Virus record (IMG/VR): IMGVR_UViG_3300050015_001011
Span: 1-52,740 of that record
Reading direction: 5' to 3' (one strand)
Length of the DNA: 52,740 nt
DNA from: a virus
Taxonomy: Duplodnaviria > Caudoviricetes
This document shows, piece after piece, positions 1 to 10,299 of the stretch. The stretch's first letter is position 1, and every line of letters starts with the position of its first letter. The notes under the pieces were generated by a model, which worked only from the letters and a program-made list of their open reading frames with translations, searched no databases and was not told where the DNA came from. The translations under genes and the position numbers were made by a program.

Positions 1-32
1 GGAACGCATTTTAAAAGATTTAGAGAAATCAA

Positions 33-1413
33 ATGATTGATAAACAATTATGCGTTAATTTTAATGAGGCTCAACGATTAAAGGAAGCAGGGTTTCCGCA
101 AGGCGCGAGTTATTTTGTATGGTTAGAGTACATAAATTTGGGTGTGCGCTGCTGGAAACTGATAAGAGATCGCGATGAGTTTTCAAAGGAGTCAATACCG
201 CATGGTTCTCTTTATATAGGAACATACTCTGCTCCTACCGTATCTGAGTTGTTAGTAGAATTCAAACAAGAAGTTACTATTCAGGTTGTAAAGAATAACT
301 TTGTAAATAACTTTGTAGTAATCCACGCATTACATTCAGAAGGTAACAAATCATTACCATCCGCATTAGCGCGACTTTATGTTCTGATAGAGGGTGGTAT
401 GATATTTCAGGAGGAAAAATGATTAACTTGTTAGGGTTGATACCATTCTTTTTTATCGGAGACACATATTGCGGAGAATCAAGTGCGCATTTCATGGAAA
501 GACAAACAAAAAATTGGCAGTCTTCTTATCTTCAACTGAAGAAAATAGTAAAAGAATGTAAAATATTAATTGATAAAATTCCTTGCCAATGTACTGGGGA
601 TAATATTTGTATCCGCTGCCAAGCAATAAAATCCATAGAAAAAGAAACAGAGTTTTGTCCAGAATGCGAAAGCAAAGGATATTTACAGTGTTCAAAACAT
701 GGAGGCCTGAATGCTTAACACAATTCAGAAGAGAGTGGAGGAGATTATTAACAAGAAAATTTCCATCTATACTCAGACTTCTTGGACAGGAGAACAAAAA
801 ACATCTCGGAGTTCTCTTGTTGGAATAAACCAAGCTACCAAAGAGATTGATTTGTTGTATAGTCCTTTCTTATTAGATAAACAAGAAACAAAATATCTGA
901 TTGAATTATTACGCCTCAAAGAACAAGCACAACACCGTGTAATACTTGAAGGTGAAAGTGTTTGGACTGCGATAAGAATAAAGTTAGAGAAAGCACTGAG
1001 GCTGAAAAAGGAGGAATGATGATATTTTATTATCAATCAGGTTGCATGGGTCAAAATGGCTACAAACAATGTAGTTTTTGGAGAATGGTTTATGTTTGGT
1101 TTAATCATGGAATCGTTAAAATTGAAAGTTCGGAGGAAAAATGATTAAAGTTCAAGGAAAAGAAAAATACATGGAAGGTGGATCGAAGCATGTTATCAAA
1201 AAAGAATTTGATTATCTGCTTTTCAGACAGGATTGGGGCGGATCAGAAAGTGTTTACTTCAACGCTGATGAGGTAAAGAAAGTTGAGAAACAAATAGTAT
1301 CAGGAAAGATTCTTATTCATTCAAATTACTCTGTTATCTATTGTAAAAATAAGAAACTTCTTGCAACGGCACCTCAATGGTGCTACGCCGTAACTCTTGG
1401 AAGGCATAAATAA
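33..1413 (+). CDS. Run of small hypothetical phage proteins (33-422, 419-718, 711-1019, 1141-1413)
   Basis: Overlapping stop/start junctions (ATGA) with GGAGG-type RBSs; 419-718 has two Cys clusters; no family recognised. Confidence 0.6.
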
Positions 1414-2281
1414 TTTAGGAGAGAATTTGAATAATCTTATTATTGATGCTAAGAATCTATTCTTCATAAGTGACTGGGTTTCTAATCTGTATACAACATA
1501 CGGACAAAGGACTTCGGCCATTTATGGTTCATTTAGAATTCTTGCTACTTTAAAGAAAAAATTTCCTGATGCGGAGATATTCTTTTGTTGGGATAAAGGA
1601 CGTAGTCCAAGGCGCATCGCTATTCATCCTGAATACAAGAAGCGCGAAGCGCCTTCTGAAGAAACTAAAAAAAGATTAAGTGAATTACATGGACAAATAC
1701 CATTTTGTAAAGATCTTTGTAATGCACTAGGAATTGTTACCTTTGAATTTGAAGGTACTGAGGCAGATGACATAATTGCTTCTTTAACAGAAATACTTCC
1801 GGGTAACAAAATAATAATATCATCAGATAAAGATTTTCTGCAGTTAATAAGTGATAGCGTTTCAGTTTATAGCACTACAAAAAAAATAATGTATAATTAT
1901 GCCACTTTTGTGGAATCTTTTGGCTTATATCCTAATCAGTGGAGATATTATAGAGCAATTGTCGGTGATAAAAGTGACAACATTGATGGTGTTCCAGGTT
2001 TCGGAGACGTCCGAACCAAATCGATTTTAACGCGATTTAATATGGATGATATACTAGGAAGCGCATTAGACGATAAACTACTGTTAAAACTGCGTTTACA
2101 CGCGGATAAATTGAAGAGAAACATAGCACTTGTGACGCTTGGAGGCGATAAAGAGCTGGATAGTAAGGTTAGAGCAGAATTAAGGCGGCAAAAAGATATT
2201 AAATTGGATAAAGAAAAAGCTGAGCAATTATTTATTAAATTAGAATTCAATTTTGAACTTCTTGATAGTTTGCTTGTATAA
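1397..2281 (+). CDS. 5'-3' exonuclease / flap endonuclease (Pol I N-terminal / T4 RNase H family)
   Basis: Motifs IIDAKN, CWDKG, EADDIIA, SSDKDFLQL, GDKSDNIDGVPGFG (H3TH). Confidence 0.93.
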   Translation: MEGINNLGENLNNLIIDAKNLFFISDWVSNLYTTYGQRTSAIYGSFRILATLKKKFPDAEIFFCWDKGRSPRRIAIHPEYKKREAPSEETKKRLSELHGQIPFCKDLCNALGIVTFEFEGTEADDIIASLTEILPGNKIIISSDKDFLQLISDSVSVYSTTKKIMYNYATFVESFGLYPNQWRYYRAIVGDKSDNIDGVPGFGDVRTKSILTRFNMDDILGSALDDKLLLKLRLHADKLKRNIALVTLGGDKELDSKVRAELRRQKDIKLDKEKAEQLFIKLEFNFELLDSLLV

Positions 2282-2289
2282 TAATTATA

Positions 2290-3135
2290 TTATTTCTTTT
2301 CCCAATTAGGAATTAGATCTTCGTAAGTATCTTTCATTCTATTATATTCTTCTTTACCTATCACTATTAAAGTTTCTTCAGGATACTGTTCTTTGAAAAG
2401 CTGAATTTTTTCCTTTGATTTTTCATTCATATAACCTTTATCCTCATACCAAATATTAGTTCCTAAAATATGAAAATCAGGGCAATATGTTAATTTAGAG
2501 CCGTTTTTTCTATTAAGAATAAATCTTTTAGATTCATATTCAAATGGAATACCTTCATAATTAAATACTCTGGCATGATTAGCTTCCCATCTAGAACGAA
2601 AGTTTTGATTATCAAGATCTTTTCTTTTTCCTATTTTACCCCTTCCAGATTTTGGATGGGCACGTTTTCCGAACATATTACCTTTATCTCCTAATTGCGT
2701 TTTAGACATTAATTCTAAAGTTTCTGCGGAAGGATGCGTTCCAACTCTATTATGCCCTCTAATATATTTTTGCTTAGAATTTTTAAGACAGATAAATGGT
2801 TTTTCACAAGTACATTTGCAATATCTAGTTTCATATTCATGGCACTCTGGTTTATACGCAGGGGCTTTTTCTCCTATTCTGCCATACATAGGATTTCCTT
2901 TTCCAGTTACTGTTTTAGAGTGTTTTATTCGCGATTTTTTAGAACGAAATTTTCCTAACATAGGGGCATTTTTTCCTTTATTTTGATGTCCATTAATGAA
3001 TTTTTGTTTAGACCAAGTATAGCATATAAAAGTTATTTTGCATCCACAAACACAGCATCTAGTTTCTGTGATATGAAGCTCTGGTTTATAATTAGGGCCA
3101 TGTTTTTTCGTTCTTATGTATATACCTTTTGGCAT
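2290..3135 (-). CDS. Free-standing homing-type endonuclease, PD-(D/E)XK nuclease with Cys/His-rich N-terminal repeats
   Basis: MPKGIYIRT start, two ETRxCxC...F.C...S..K(F/Y)I.GH modules, C-terminal FRSRWEAN...YCPDF...WYEDKG; paralogous to four other ORFs in the window. Confidence 0.8.
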   Translation of the reverse strand: MPKGIYIRTKKHGPNYKPELHITETRCCVCGCKITFICYTWSKQKFINGHQNKGKNAPMLGKFRSKKSRIKHSKTVTGKGNPMYGRIGEKAPAYKPECHEYETRYCKCTCEKPFICLKNSKQKYIRGHNRVGTHPSAETLELMSKTQLGDKGNMFGKRAHPKSGRGKIGKRKDLDNQNFRSRWEANHARVFNYEGIPFEYESKRFILNRKNGSKLTYCPDFHILGTNIWYEDKGYMNEKSKEKIQLFKEQYPEETLIVIGKEEYNRMKDTYEDLIPNWEKK

Positions 3136-3238
3136 ATCTTACCTCCTTTGAATTGTTGATTCTATCTATATAATATAATTAAAAGAATTAAGGAAATTAT
3201 TGATAACTGCAGTGTATAATAAACTAAAGGAGAATAAA

Positions 3239-4018
3239 ATGTTGATATCTCATACAGTACCTACCAAATATTTAAGAAAATTTGATGAATTTTCTTCAGT
3301 TTATCTAGTATTAGGACACCTAATTGGAAAAGACGAGGAATATACAAACTTTTTTACTCAATCTAAAAAATATAAATATATAGATAATTCGGCGTATGAA
3401 TTAGGAGAAGCGATAAAAAATCAGGAGCTGGTGGACAAAGCACATTTAATAAATGCTGATGCACTAGTACTTCCAGATGTTTTTATGGATGGATTAGAAA
3501 CGCTTAAAAGAACTTATGCATTCTTAGAAAAATTTAGAACAATTCACAAAGATTTTGATTTAGTAGCTGTGCCACAAGGAAAGACGCCAGAAGAATATTT
3601 AGATTGCGCAAGTGAATTATTAAAAATTAAAGAGATCAAAACTATTGCAGTATCATTTTTAGTTGTAGCAAGATGTTTTAGTATTATCACGCGAACAAAT
3701 GATCAGAATGTGTTAGCAAATAGACCTTTAGCAGTAGGTATGGTAAGGCAGTTAATGAGATTACAGGCAAATCAGCTTAATATACATCTTCTAGGTTTAG
3801 GTAATCCGATTGAATTATCTTGTTACAATAATAAAGGTTTTGTAGTTAGTTGTGATTCTTCTGTGGCATTTGCATTAGCTAATGTAGGATTGAAAGTAAA
3901 TAATTTAGGTTGTCCTAGAGATAAGTTTGATCACTTAAATTTTGATGAAACAGATACTTCTGCAGAAACATTGCTTTTAGCCGAACGAAATATCAGAAGA
4001 ATTAACAGCTTTATTTGA
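3239..4018 (+). CDS. TGT-fold (queuine tRNA-ribosyltransferase-like / DpdA-like) base-exchange protein
   Basis: YIDNSAYE, VLPDV, VAVPQG, IHLLG, SCDSS motifs; near folE and queC; start moved to ATG 3239 behind the AAGGAG RBS. Confidence 0.7.
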   Translation: MLISHTVPTKYLRKFDEFSSVYLVLGHLIGKDEEYTNFFTQSKKYKYIDNSAYELGEAIKNQELVDKAHLINADALVLPDVFMDGLETLKRTYAFLEKFRTIHKDFDLVAVPQGKTPEEYLDCASELLKIKEIKTIAVSFLVVARCFSIITRTNDQNVLANRPLAVGMVRQLMRLQANQLNIHLLGLGNPIELSCYNNKGFVVSCDSSVAFALANVGLKVNNLGCPRDKFDHLNFDETDTSAETLLLAERNIRRINSFI

Positions 4019-4032
4019 GCAAAACGTTTCTT

Positions 4033-4122
4033 CTTATCAAACTTAATATCCTATAAATATAAATATATAATATATAATATATAACTAGGATAAAATAAAA
4101 AAGAAAAGATAAGTTTGATAAG
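4033..4122. repeat. Nested inverted repeats around an AT-only tandem repeat
   Basis: CTTATCAAACTTA (4033-4045) / TAAGTTTGATAAG (4110-4122); TATCCTA (4047-4053) / TAGGATA (4086-4092); TATATAA repeats between them. Confidence 0.85.
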
Positions 4123-4144
4123 GATGAGCCAAGCGGAGGAAAAA

Positions 4145-4717
4145 ATGAGAAAGGGTAAGATAAGTGAGTTCAGTCCGAAAATAGCTGGAAGCGACGCAAG
4201 TCATGCCGAATATTTGACAGAAGGAATTAAGAAGTCTCGTAAGATGGAAACGTTTGTAAAGATGTATGCTGAGAAGGACGTGAGAAAAATAAAGACGCTT
4301 CCAAGTATGAAAAAAAGAAAGGAGATTATGTTAGCAGCTTTAGATATGGCTAAGAAACCTGAGGAGAAGGTAAAGTATAATAAAGAGATTGCGAATAAGA
4401 TTGTATCACAAGTTTTAAAGAGATTGGAAGTAGGCTCACAGAAGTACGGCGCCGAGTATTTCCTTGCCGACTGTATTGGCGATGAACTTTATCAGGAGCT
4501 ACTTGACCAAGTAGGATGGGCACTTATTAACGCTGTGAGATGGGTAGAGGTATTTCAGAAAAGATTCTTACCGACGGACGCTATCTACTGGAAAAAGTTC
4601 ATGGCTAACCAGAAAATAGATTTTCTTTTAAAGCTGCAGGATGAAGTAAAAGAAGAACTCAGTAAGAGAAAAATTACTGCTAAAGTAGTTGGACTTAAAG
4701 AAAAAGGAGAAAAATAA
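4145..4717 (+). CDS. Hypothetical protein with a possible all-alpha NTP pyrophosphohydrolase-like segment
   Basis: KRLEVGSQKYG...ELYQELLD pattern; GGAGG RBS before ATG 4145; lies between the TGT-like gene and folE. Confidence 0.4.
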   Translation: MRKGKISEFSPKIAGSDASHAEYLTEGIKKSRKMETFVKMYAEKDVRKIKTLPSMKKRKEIMLAALDMAKKPEEKVKYNKEIANKIVSQVLKRLEVGSQKYGAEYFLADCIGDELYQELLDQVGWALINAVRWVEVFQKRFLPTDAIYWKKFMANQKIDFLLKLQDEVKEELSKRKITAKVVGLKEKGEK

Positions 4718-4718
4718 T

Positions 4719-5309
4719 ATGCCTAGTATTGCTGAATCATTTGTAGAAATCTTGAGAAGTTTAAACATTGATCTTGCAGATGCTAATTTTACTGATACAC
4801 CAAATAGGGTCCAGAGAGTGTATGAGCATCTTTGTTTGCGCTGCGTAGTAGGACCAGAGAAGGATTTAGAGAGTATTAAAAAACTTACTGTTACGTTCCC
4901 AAGTACAGCAAAGAATTTGGTAGTTGTTAAAAATATAAAGGCATATAGTGTATGTCCGCATCACTTCTTGCCTGTGGAGTATAGAGTGGACTTTGGCTAC
5001 ATACCTGATGCGTCAGTTGTAGGGTTATCAAAGATCCCAAGACTTATAAAGTACTTGGCTAAGAAACCGGCTTTGCAAGAAGATTTTGTGGAAGAGATTG
5101 TAGATGTATTTGAGCAGATGTTAAAACCTCTTGGTTGTATGTCCATAGTCAGAGGTTTTCACGGGTGTATGAAGTTTCGTGGGATTGAGGAGCCTAACTC
5201 GCCGGTCATCACTTCTGCTATTAAGGGAGTGTTTAAAAATCCACCCGAAGGTAAGAATCCAAGACAAGAAATGTTGGATTTATTAAATGTAGAAGAAAAT
5301 TCAGGTTAA
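4719..5309 (+). CDS. folE: GTP cyclohydrolase I
   Basis: DTPNRV, SVCPHHFLP, GLSKIPR, LQE, HGCMKFRG motifs. Confidence 0.95.
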   Translation: MPSIAESFVEILRSLNIDLADANFTDTPNRVQRVYEHLCLRCVVGPEKDLESIKKLTVTFPSTAKNLVVVKNIKAYSVCPHHFLPVEYRVDFGYIPDASVVGLSKIPRLIKYLAKKPALQEDFVEEIVDVFEQMLKPLGCMSIVRGFHGCMKFRGIEEPNSPVITSAIKGVFKNPPEGKNPRQEMLDLLNVEENSG

Positions 5310-5316
5310 TTACTGT

Positions 5317-5976
5317 ATGAAGAATACATATAATTTTTGTGCTTGTGGCTGTAAACAAAGAGTTACTAAATTTAAGAATAAATATATTAATGGGCACAAC
5401 CAAAGAGGAAAATATCTTTCTTTGAATACTAGAAGCAAAATGAAACGAGCTCAGGCAGATCGAATTCTTCCAGCTGAAACAATAAAGAAATTTTCTACTG
5501 ATAAATTAGGTAAAAATAATCCTAATTGGAAAAAACATCCTTCTGAAGAAACCTTAAAATTAATGTCAGAGGCGCAGAAAGGTGAAAAAAATCACAATTT
5601 TGGAAAACCTGGTCCAGCAAAGGGAGGCAGAGGAAAGGGCGGCAAAAGAGAAGATTTAGGTAATCAATATTTTAGATCTAGTTGGGAACCTAATATTGCG
5701 CGGGTTTTTAATTGGGAAGGAATTCCCTTTGAATATGAACATAAGAGATTTATTTTAGTCAGGTCTGATAAATTAAAGGCGACATATTGCCTTGATTTTC
5801 ATATTACAGGAACTAATATCTGGTATGAAGTAAAAGGTTATATGGATAAATTATCGGCCGAAAAAATTCAACTTTTTAAAGAACAGTATCCCGATGAAAT
5901 TTTAATTGTGATTGGTTTAGAGAAATATAGAGCCTTAAAAGAAACTTATAAATATTTAATTTCTAATTGGGAATAA
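5317..5976 (+). CDS. Free-standing PD-(D/E)XK homing-type endonuclease (paralog)
   Basis: CACGC..KYINGH, NUMOD3-like HPSEETLKLMSEA, FRSSWEPN...YCLDF...WYEVKGYM. Confidence 0.8.
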   Translation: MKNTYNFCACGCKQRVTKFKNKYINGHNQRGKYLSLNTRSKMKRAQADRILPAETIKKFSTDKLGKNNPNWKKHPSEETLKLMSEAQKGEKNHNFGKPGPAKGGRGKGGKREDLGNQYFRSSWEPNIARVFNWEGIPFEYEHKRFILVRSDKLKATYCLDFHITGTNIWYEVKGYMDKLSAEKIQLFKEQYPDEILIVIGLEKYRALKETYKYLISNWE

Positions 5977-6021
5977 GTTTCGGCAGTTGATTTATTTTTA
6001 AAAATATAGTATAATATTATA

Positions 6022-7204
6022 ATGGTAGACAAATTTAATACGGCTTGGCAGATAGTACGCTTACGAGCTCAGCAGATAAAGGATTACGAAACTAAGCTTA
6101 ATTTTGTACTGTTGTATCTATATGCTCATCCAAATAGACATAATTATGGACGTGTTCACAACTGGCTTGTAATGACTGCAGCTGGTTATAAAGATCAGAA
6201 GATTAAAAAAGTATTCTGTTCTCAAGCTAAGGAAATAGAAGTAAGTAAGCAGTTGTATTCTTCAGAGACAGACAATGATTGTTCTTTAAAAGAATTAAGT
6301 AATAATTTCTTGAAGCAGCTGTATAGTAATCTTAAAAAGAGGAAGTACAATTTTCAATTTAAGTCTGTACCAGAAGCTCATACTAGATATTTAGGTGAAC
6401 TTGAAGCAGAGCTTAATCAAAGAGGAATAAACAAGATGTTGCTGAAAGAAGCACAGAAGAAGTTTATACCTAGTGGAAGGACAAACGGTTTTAAATAATA
6501 GGAGGAATAAATGAAGACGCTATTTGGATTGTTTTTGATTATATTAGGAATCTTAACAGGTTTGTACGTCGGAGTATATCTTTTATTGTTCGGCGGTATA
6601 ACAATGTTGATACACGGATGTCAGCAACCAATGCACGTAGCTCAGATTGCTTGGGGCGTTGTACGCATTGCTTGCGCATCACCAGCCGGATGGCTATGTT
6701 TTATAGCTCTTACTGGAGCTGGTGTAGGAATGATGTCAAATTAATTATGACTCTTAAACAATATATAGAGGAATTACAAAGACTTCCTGAAAAATATTTA
6801 GAGTTACCTGTATGTAGTTTTGATTCAGAGTACGATCAGTATGATGAAATACAGCCGGGTAGAGCAGAGATTTGGCAGGGTGTTTATAATTCTTTAGAAA
6901 GACAGCCAGTAGATAAAGAAGGAAGAGCTCCTTATATAAAACAGAAAGGTGAATTTACTATAATAGGTTAAGGAGATAATAAATGACTAATGTACAAGGA
7001 ATTTGGGCGGCTATTGCAATGATGGTGTTGTGGTTATCAGCTATACTTTATTTCATGTTTCGAAACCACTTAGTATATAATCTCAGAATTAAGATGGTTA
7101 AAGATTATGGTTTAGAAAAATATTTTAAATTACCTAGTTATGATTATATGTTGTATCACTTCTGGATCCCATTAAGAAAATGGTCAATACACAAAGGAAA
7201 ATAA
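6022..7204 (+). CDS. Small hypothetical proteins (6022-6498; 6511-6744 two-TM membrane protein; 6747-6971; 6983-7204 one-TM)
   Basis: ORFs with RBSs; hydrophobic stretches in 6511 and 6983. Confidence 0.55.
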
Positions 7205-7207
7205 ATT

Positions 7208-7735
7208 ATGGTCTTAAATCCACGAAAGATTGTTGATCGAAAAATTATTTCTCCGGTAACGGAAGAACAGATTCAACCGAATGGAATAGATTTAGAGTTA
7301 GATAAAATATTTTCTTTGATCACCTTATCTAAAGCACTTCGTCCAGGAGAAAGAGATGTTGAAGAAAAACAACTTGGCTTATTTCTTTCAAAAGATGATG
7401 TAGAAGGAAGTTTTTCAAATCCAGTACAGCCTTATGATGATAAACATTTTTTATTACATAAATTTATTCCGTACAGAGTTGAAACTAAACAGTATGTAGA
7501 ATTGCCTGAAGGAGTATGCGCTAAGATAATTGGTAGAAGTACATTGAACCGGAATGGAGTGATAGTGCTTAGTTCTTTGTATGACAGTGGGTATAAAAAT
7601 TATGCTGGCTTTACTATCTATCCGTTTTTAAACGTGGTGTTGGAGGTGGGAGTTAGGGTTGCTCAGATGATATTCTTTGAATCTGAGACAGCTCATTTAT
7701 ATGATGGTCAGTACCAAGATAAGAAATCTTCTTAG
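7208..7735 (+). CDS. Trimeric dUTPase / dCTP deaminase family protein (more likely dUTPase)
   Basis: IQPNGIDL, GRSTLNR, YDSGY, RVAQMIF, YDGQYQ; no obvious deaminase catalytic Glu (ITLE) motif. Confidence 0.85.
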   Translation: MVLNPRKIVDRKIISPVTEEQIQPNGIDLELDKIFSLITLSKALRPGERDVEEKQLGLFLSKDDVEGSFSNPVQPYDDKHFLLHKFIPYRVETKQYVELPEGVCAKIIGRSTLNRNGVIVLSSLYDSGYKNYAGFTIYPFLNVVLEVGVRVAQMIFFESETAHLYDGQYQDKKSS

Positions 7736-7744
7736 GAGGATCAA

Positions 7745-8296
7745 ATGTTAATGATATGTAAAAATGCTAAAATTTGTGTCCGCGTTGCTTGCAAAAACCA
7801 ATCTCCTCACGAGAGAGATGGTTTTTGTTCTTATAAATGCAGTCTTGGTCCTCTAACAAAAGATGATGGTGAGTATAGTAAGTGCGTTCCTTATCAGAAG
7901 GAAAATATGTATGGACATAATGGAAGCATAACTATTGCAGTTCAGACAAGACCAGATGATGATTGTAAATTACTTCAGTCATTTAAGCTAGGAAATACTT
8001 TAGTAGAGAAATTAGGTGTATATAAAGAAGAGTGTGTAACTGTGTGGGTAGTAAGAGATAATCCAAAAGAGAAGAGGGTTATGGTGTGTGATACTTGCCA
8101 CAATCCTATGTCTGAGTGTATTTGCAGAGATATGTCAGAAGAAATTGAAGAACTCGATCTGAAGGAACATTGTCTTTCACTACTGGAGTTACCATGGGAA
8201 AGAGAGTTTTCTACTGCTGATGAAGTAATAGTTAGCAAGCTTAATGAGGTTATCCGCTGGATTAAGCGACATAAAGGAAAGTGGGAGCAGGAATAA
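7745..8296 (+). CDS. Cys-rich hypothetical protein
   Basis: Several Cys clusters; GGAGG RBS. Confidence 0.5.
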   Translation: MLMICKNAKICVRVACKNQSPHERDGFCSYKCSLGPLTKDDGEYSKCVPYQKENMYGHNGSITIAVQTRPDDDCKLLQSFKLGNTLVEKLGVYKEECVTVWVVRDNPKEKRVMVCDTCHNPMSECICRDMSEEIEELDLKEHCLSLLELPWEREFSTADEVIVSKLNEVIRWIKRHKGKWEQE

Positions 8297-8298
8297 AA

Positions 8299-8538
8299 AT
8301 GATACTAAGTGATGCGTTAGGCTGGATAGCAAACTTCGCTCTTGCTGTTAGTTTTTTATATCTTATTAAGAAGAGCGTTTGGGGTTTCATTTTTCAAATT
8401 ATAGGATGCTTGTTATATTTAGCTGTCGGACTTATGATGCATTTATCTAGCGTAACTTATATGGAAGGTTGGTTTATTCTTATGAGTTTTTATGGTATAT
8501 ACAAATGGAGAAAAGATGAAAACCATATGGAAGTTTGA
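8299..8538 (+). CDS. Small three-TM membrane protein, PnuC/SemiSWEET-like
   Basis: Three hydrophobic helices; KKSVWGF and YGIYKW motifs typical of PnuC-like half transporters. Confidence 0.5.
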   Translation: MILSDALGWIANFALAVSFLYLIKKSVWGFIFQIIGCLLYLAVGLMMHLSSVTYMEGWFILMSFYGIYKWRKDENHMEV

Positions 8539-9047
8539 GTTAGATGAGAAGGTAGTGGATCAGACGCTTGATATGCCGGAGAATAGCCATATTTTACATG
8601 TAGGATTTCAATCGAATGTTTGTTTATGGGCTCTTGTAGACACCGAATCTAAACTTGCAAATAGGACCTTTGCAATTCATGGAACGGGTAATAAGATTAA
8701 TGATTGGGAGCATAAGATTTATATAGGTACGACTCACGATATTCAACTCGGTCTTGTTTGGCATGTATTTGAGATATTAAAATAAAATGGACAAATTAGA
8801 ATTGACTCTAGAACCTAAAAAGAAATCTGAAGTAGAAGAACAGGAAGTGCTCATCTCTTTAGATGTTTATATTCCTTTAAAGAATATAAAAGAAACTTTT
8901 GAGAAAGCTGGTGGGCAGGTAGCAACAGATTTAAATGAAGTGAGTTTATTGTCTATGGTTGATGTCTCAGTAAGATTTACTGTAGAGTCAGCTTTAAAAG
9001 CTATATTTGGTGAAGCAGAAGTTATTTTACAACAGGAGGAAAAATGA
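8516..9047 (+). CDS. Two hypothetical proteins (8516-8785 MKTIWKF...IHGTG...YIGT..WHVFE phage family; 8787-9047)
   Basis: ORF packing; the first has a conserved-looking phage domain. Confidence 0.55.
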
Positions 9048-9715
9048 TTGGTGAAAAGGCAGTAGTGATTTTTAGTGGTGGTATGGATAGTATCACTTTA
9101 TTGAATTATGTTAAATCGCTAGGTTATGGTGTTTATGGCCTTAGTTTTAATTATGGACAAAAACACGTTAAAGAATTGGTCTTCGCTAAACTTTGGGGCC
9201 AGTTAGAGTGTGAAGAGCATAAAATTATTAATTTGGATTTTATGAAAGACATTGCTAATGATTCTGCATTGACTGGAAATAAAGAAATGCCGAAGGAGCA
9301 TTATACACATGAAAATCAGAAGGTTACTGTTGTACCAAATAGGAATATGGTTATGTTGAGTATAGCGGTTGCTTGGGCAGAAAATTTAAAAACAGATAAA
9401 GTATTTTATGGTCCTCATGCAAATGATTTAACTATTTATCCTGATTGTCGCCCAGTATTTGTTGAGGCCGTTTCAAAGGCTTCCGAGCTAGCTACTTTTA
9501 GTGAGGTTAAAATCTTTGCTCCTTTTGTAAATATTACTAAATCTCAGATAGTTGCGTTAGGAACTAAGTTAGGAGTAGATTATTCAAAAACTTGGAGTTG
9601 TTATGAAGGTAGAGATAGGGCCTGTGGAAAATGTGGCACTTGCCAAGAAAGAATTGAAGCGTTTAAAGAGAATGAATTGATTGATCCGTCTCCGTATGAG
9701 GTGGTTAGTTATTGA
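9044..9715 (+). CDS. queC: 7-cyano-7-deazaguanine (preQ0) synthase
   Basis: SGGMDS PP-loop, YGQKH, VPNRNMVMLS, YPDCR, TWSCY...CGKCGTC. Confidence 0.97.
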   Translation: MIGEKAVVIFSGGMDSITLLNYVKSLGYGVYGLSFNYGQKHVKELVFAKLWGQLECEEHKIINLDFMKDIANDSALTGNKEMPKEHYTHENQKVTVVPNRNMVMLSIAVAWAENLKTDKVFYGPHANDLTIYPDCRPVFVEAVSKASELATFSEVKIFAPFVNITKSQIVALGTKLGVDYSKTWSCYEGRDRACGKCGTCQERIEAFKENELIDPSPYEVVSY

Positions 9716-9750
9716 TCGGAATAAGTGCGTTGACAAAATAGGAGGGGTAG

Positions 9751-10299
9751 GTGATTAAACTTGTGTGCATGGATTTAGATGGCACTATAAATGATAATTG
9801 GAACCTGCTTCCGGATTTGAAAAGGAAGATGATCGCGTTGTCAAGGCAAGGTGTTGAATTCGCCATTATTACTGGTAGAGATTTATTAGGTACTCTTTAC
9901 TTTGTTCGCCGGTCTCAGTTTCCTTTTGCCTTATTGGGAACAGGAGGTGGATTTATAATATTTGCTCCGCTAACACTAAGTACAATAGATGATGTTATAT
10001 CTCACGCAACCGTTGAAGATACGATTAAGCATGGAGGATTAGGTAAGATAGACAGACTAAAGAAGCTACAGCAGATTTGTGGGTGTCGAGATTATGAAAC
10101 TCTTTATGTAGAAGATAATGAAAATGGAACAGCCGACATTAACGAAGTTTGCATAAAATTAAGTTCAGACATGAACATAGCTACTCCTAAAACAACAAAT
10201 GAGAGATGGGTACAGATTGTTAGAAATAGCAAAGGATTTGTTTCAGACAAGCCATGTGGCTTAGGTACTTTGGAAATACTTGAACATTATTTTAAATGA
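9751..10299 (+). CDS. HAD-superfamily hydrolase
   Basis: DLDGT motif I, ITGR motif II, later K and acidic motif. Confidence 0.8.
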   Translation: MIKLVCMDLDGTINDNWNLLPDLKRKMIALSRQGVEFAIITGRDLLGTLYFVRRSQFPFALLGTGGGFIIFAPLTLSTIDDVISHATVEDTIKHGGLGKIDRLKKLQQICGCRDYETLYVEDNENGTADINEVCIKLSSDMNIATPKTTNERWVQIVRNSKGFVSDKPCGLGTLEILEHYFK

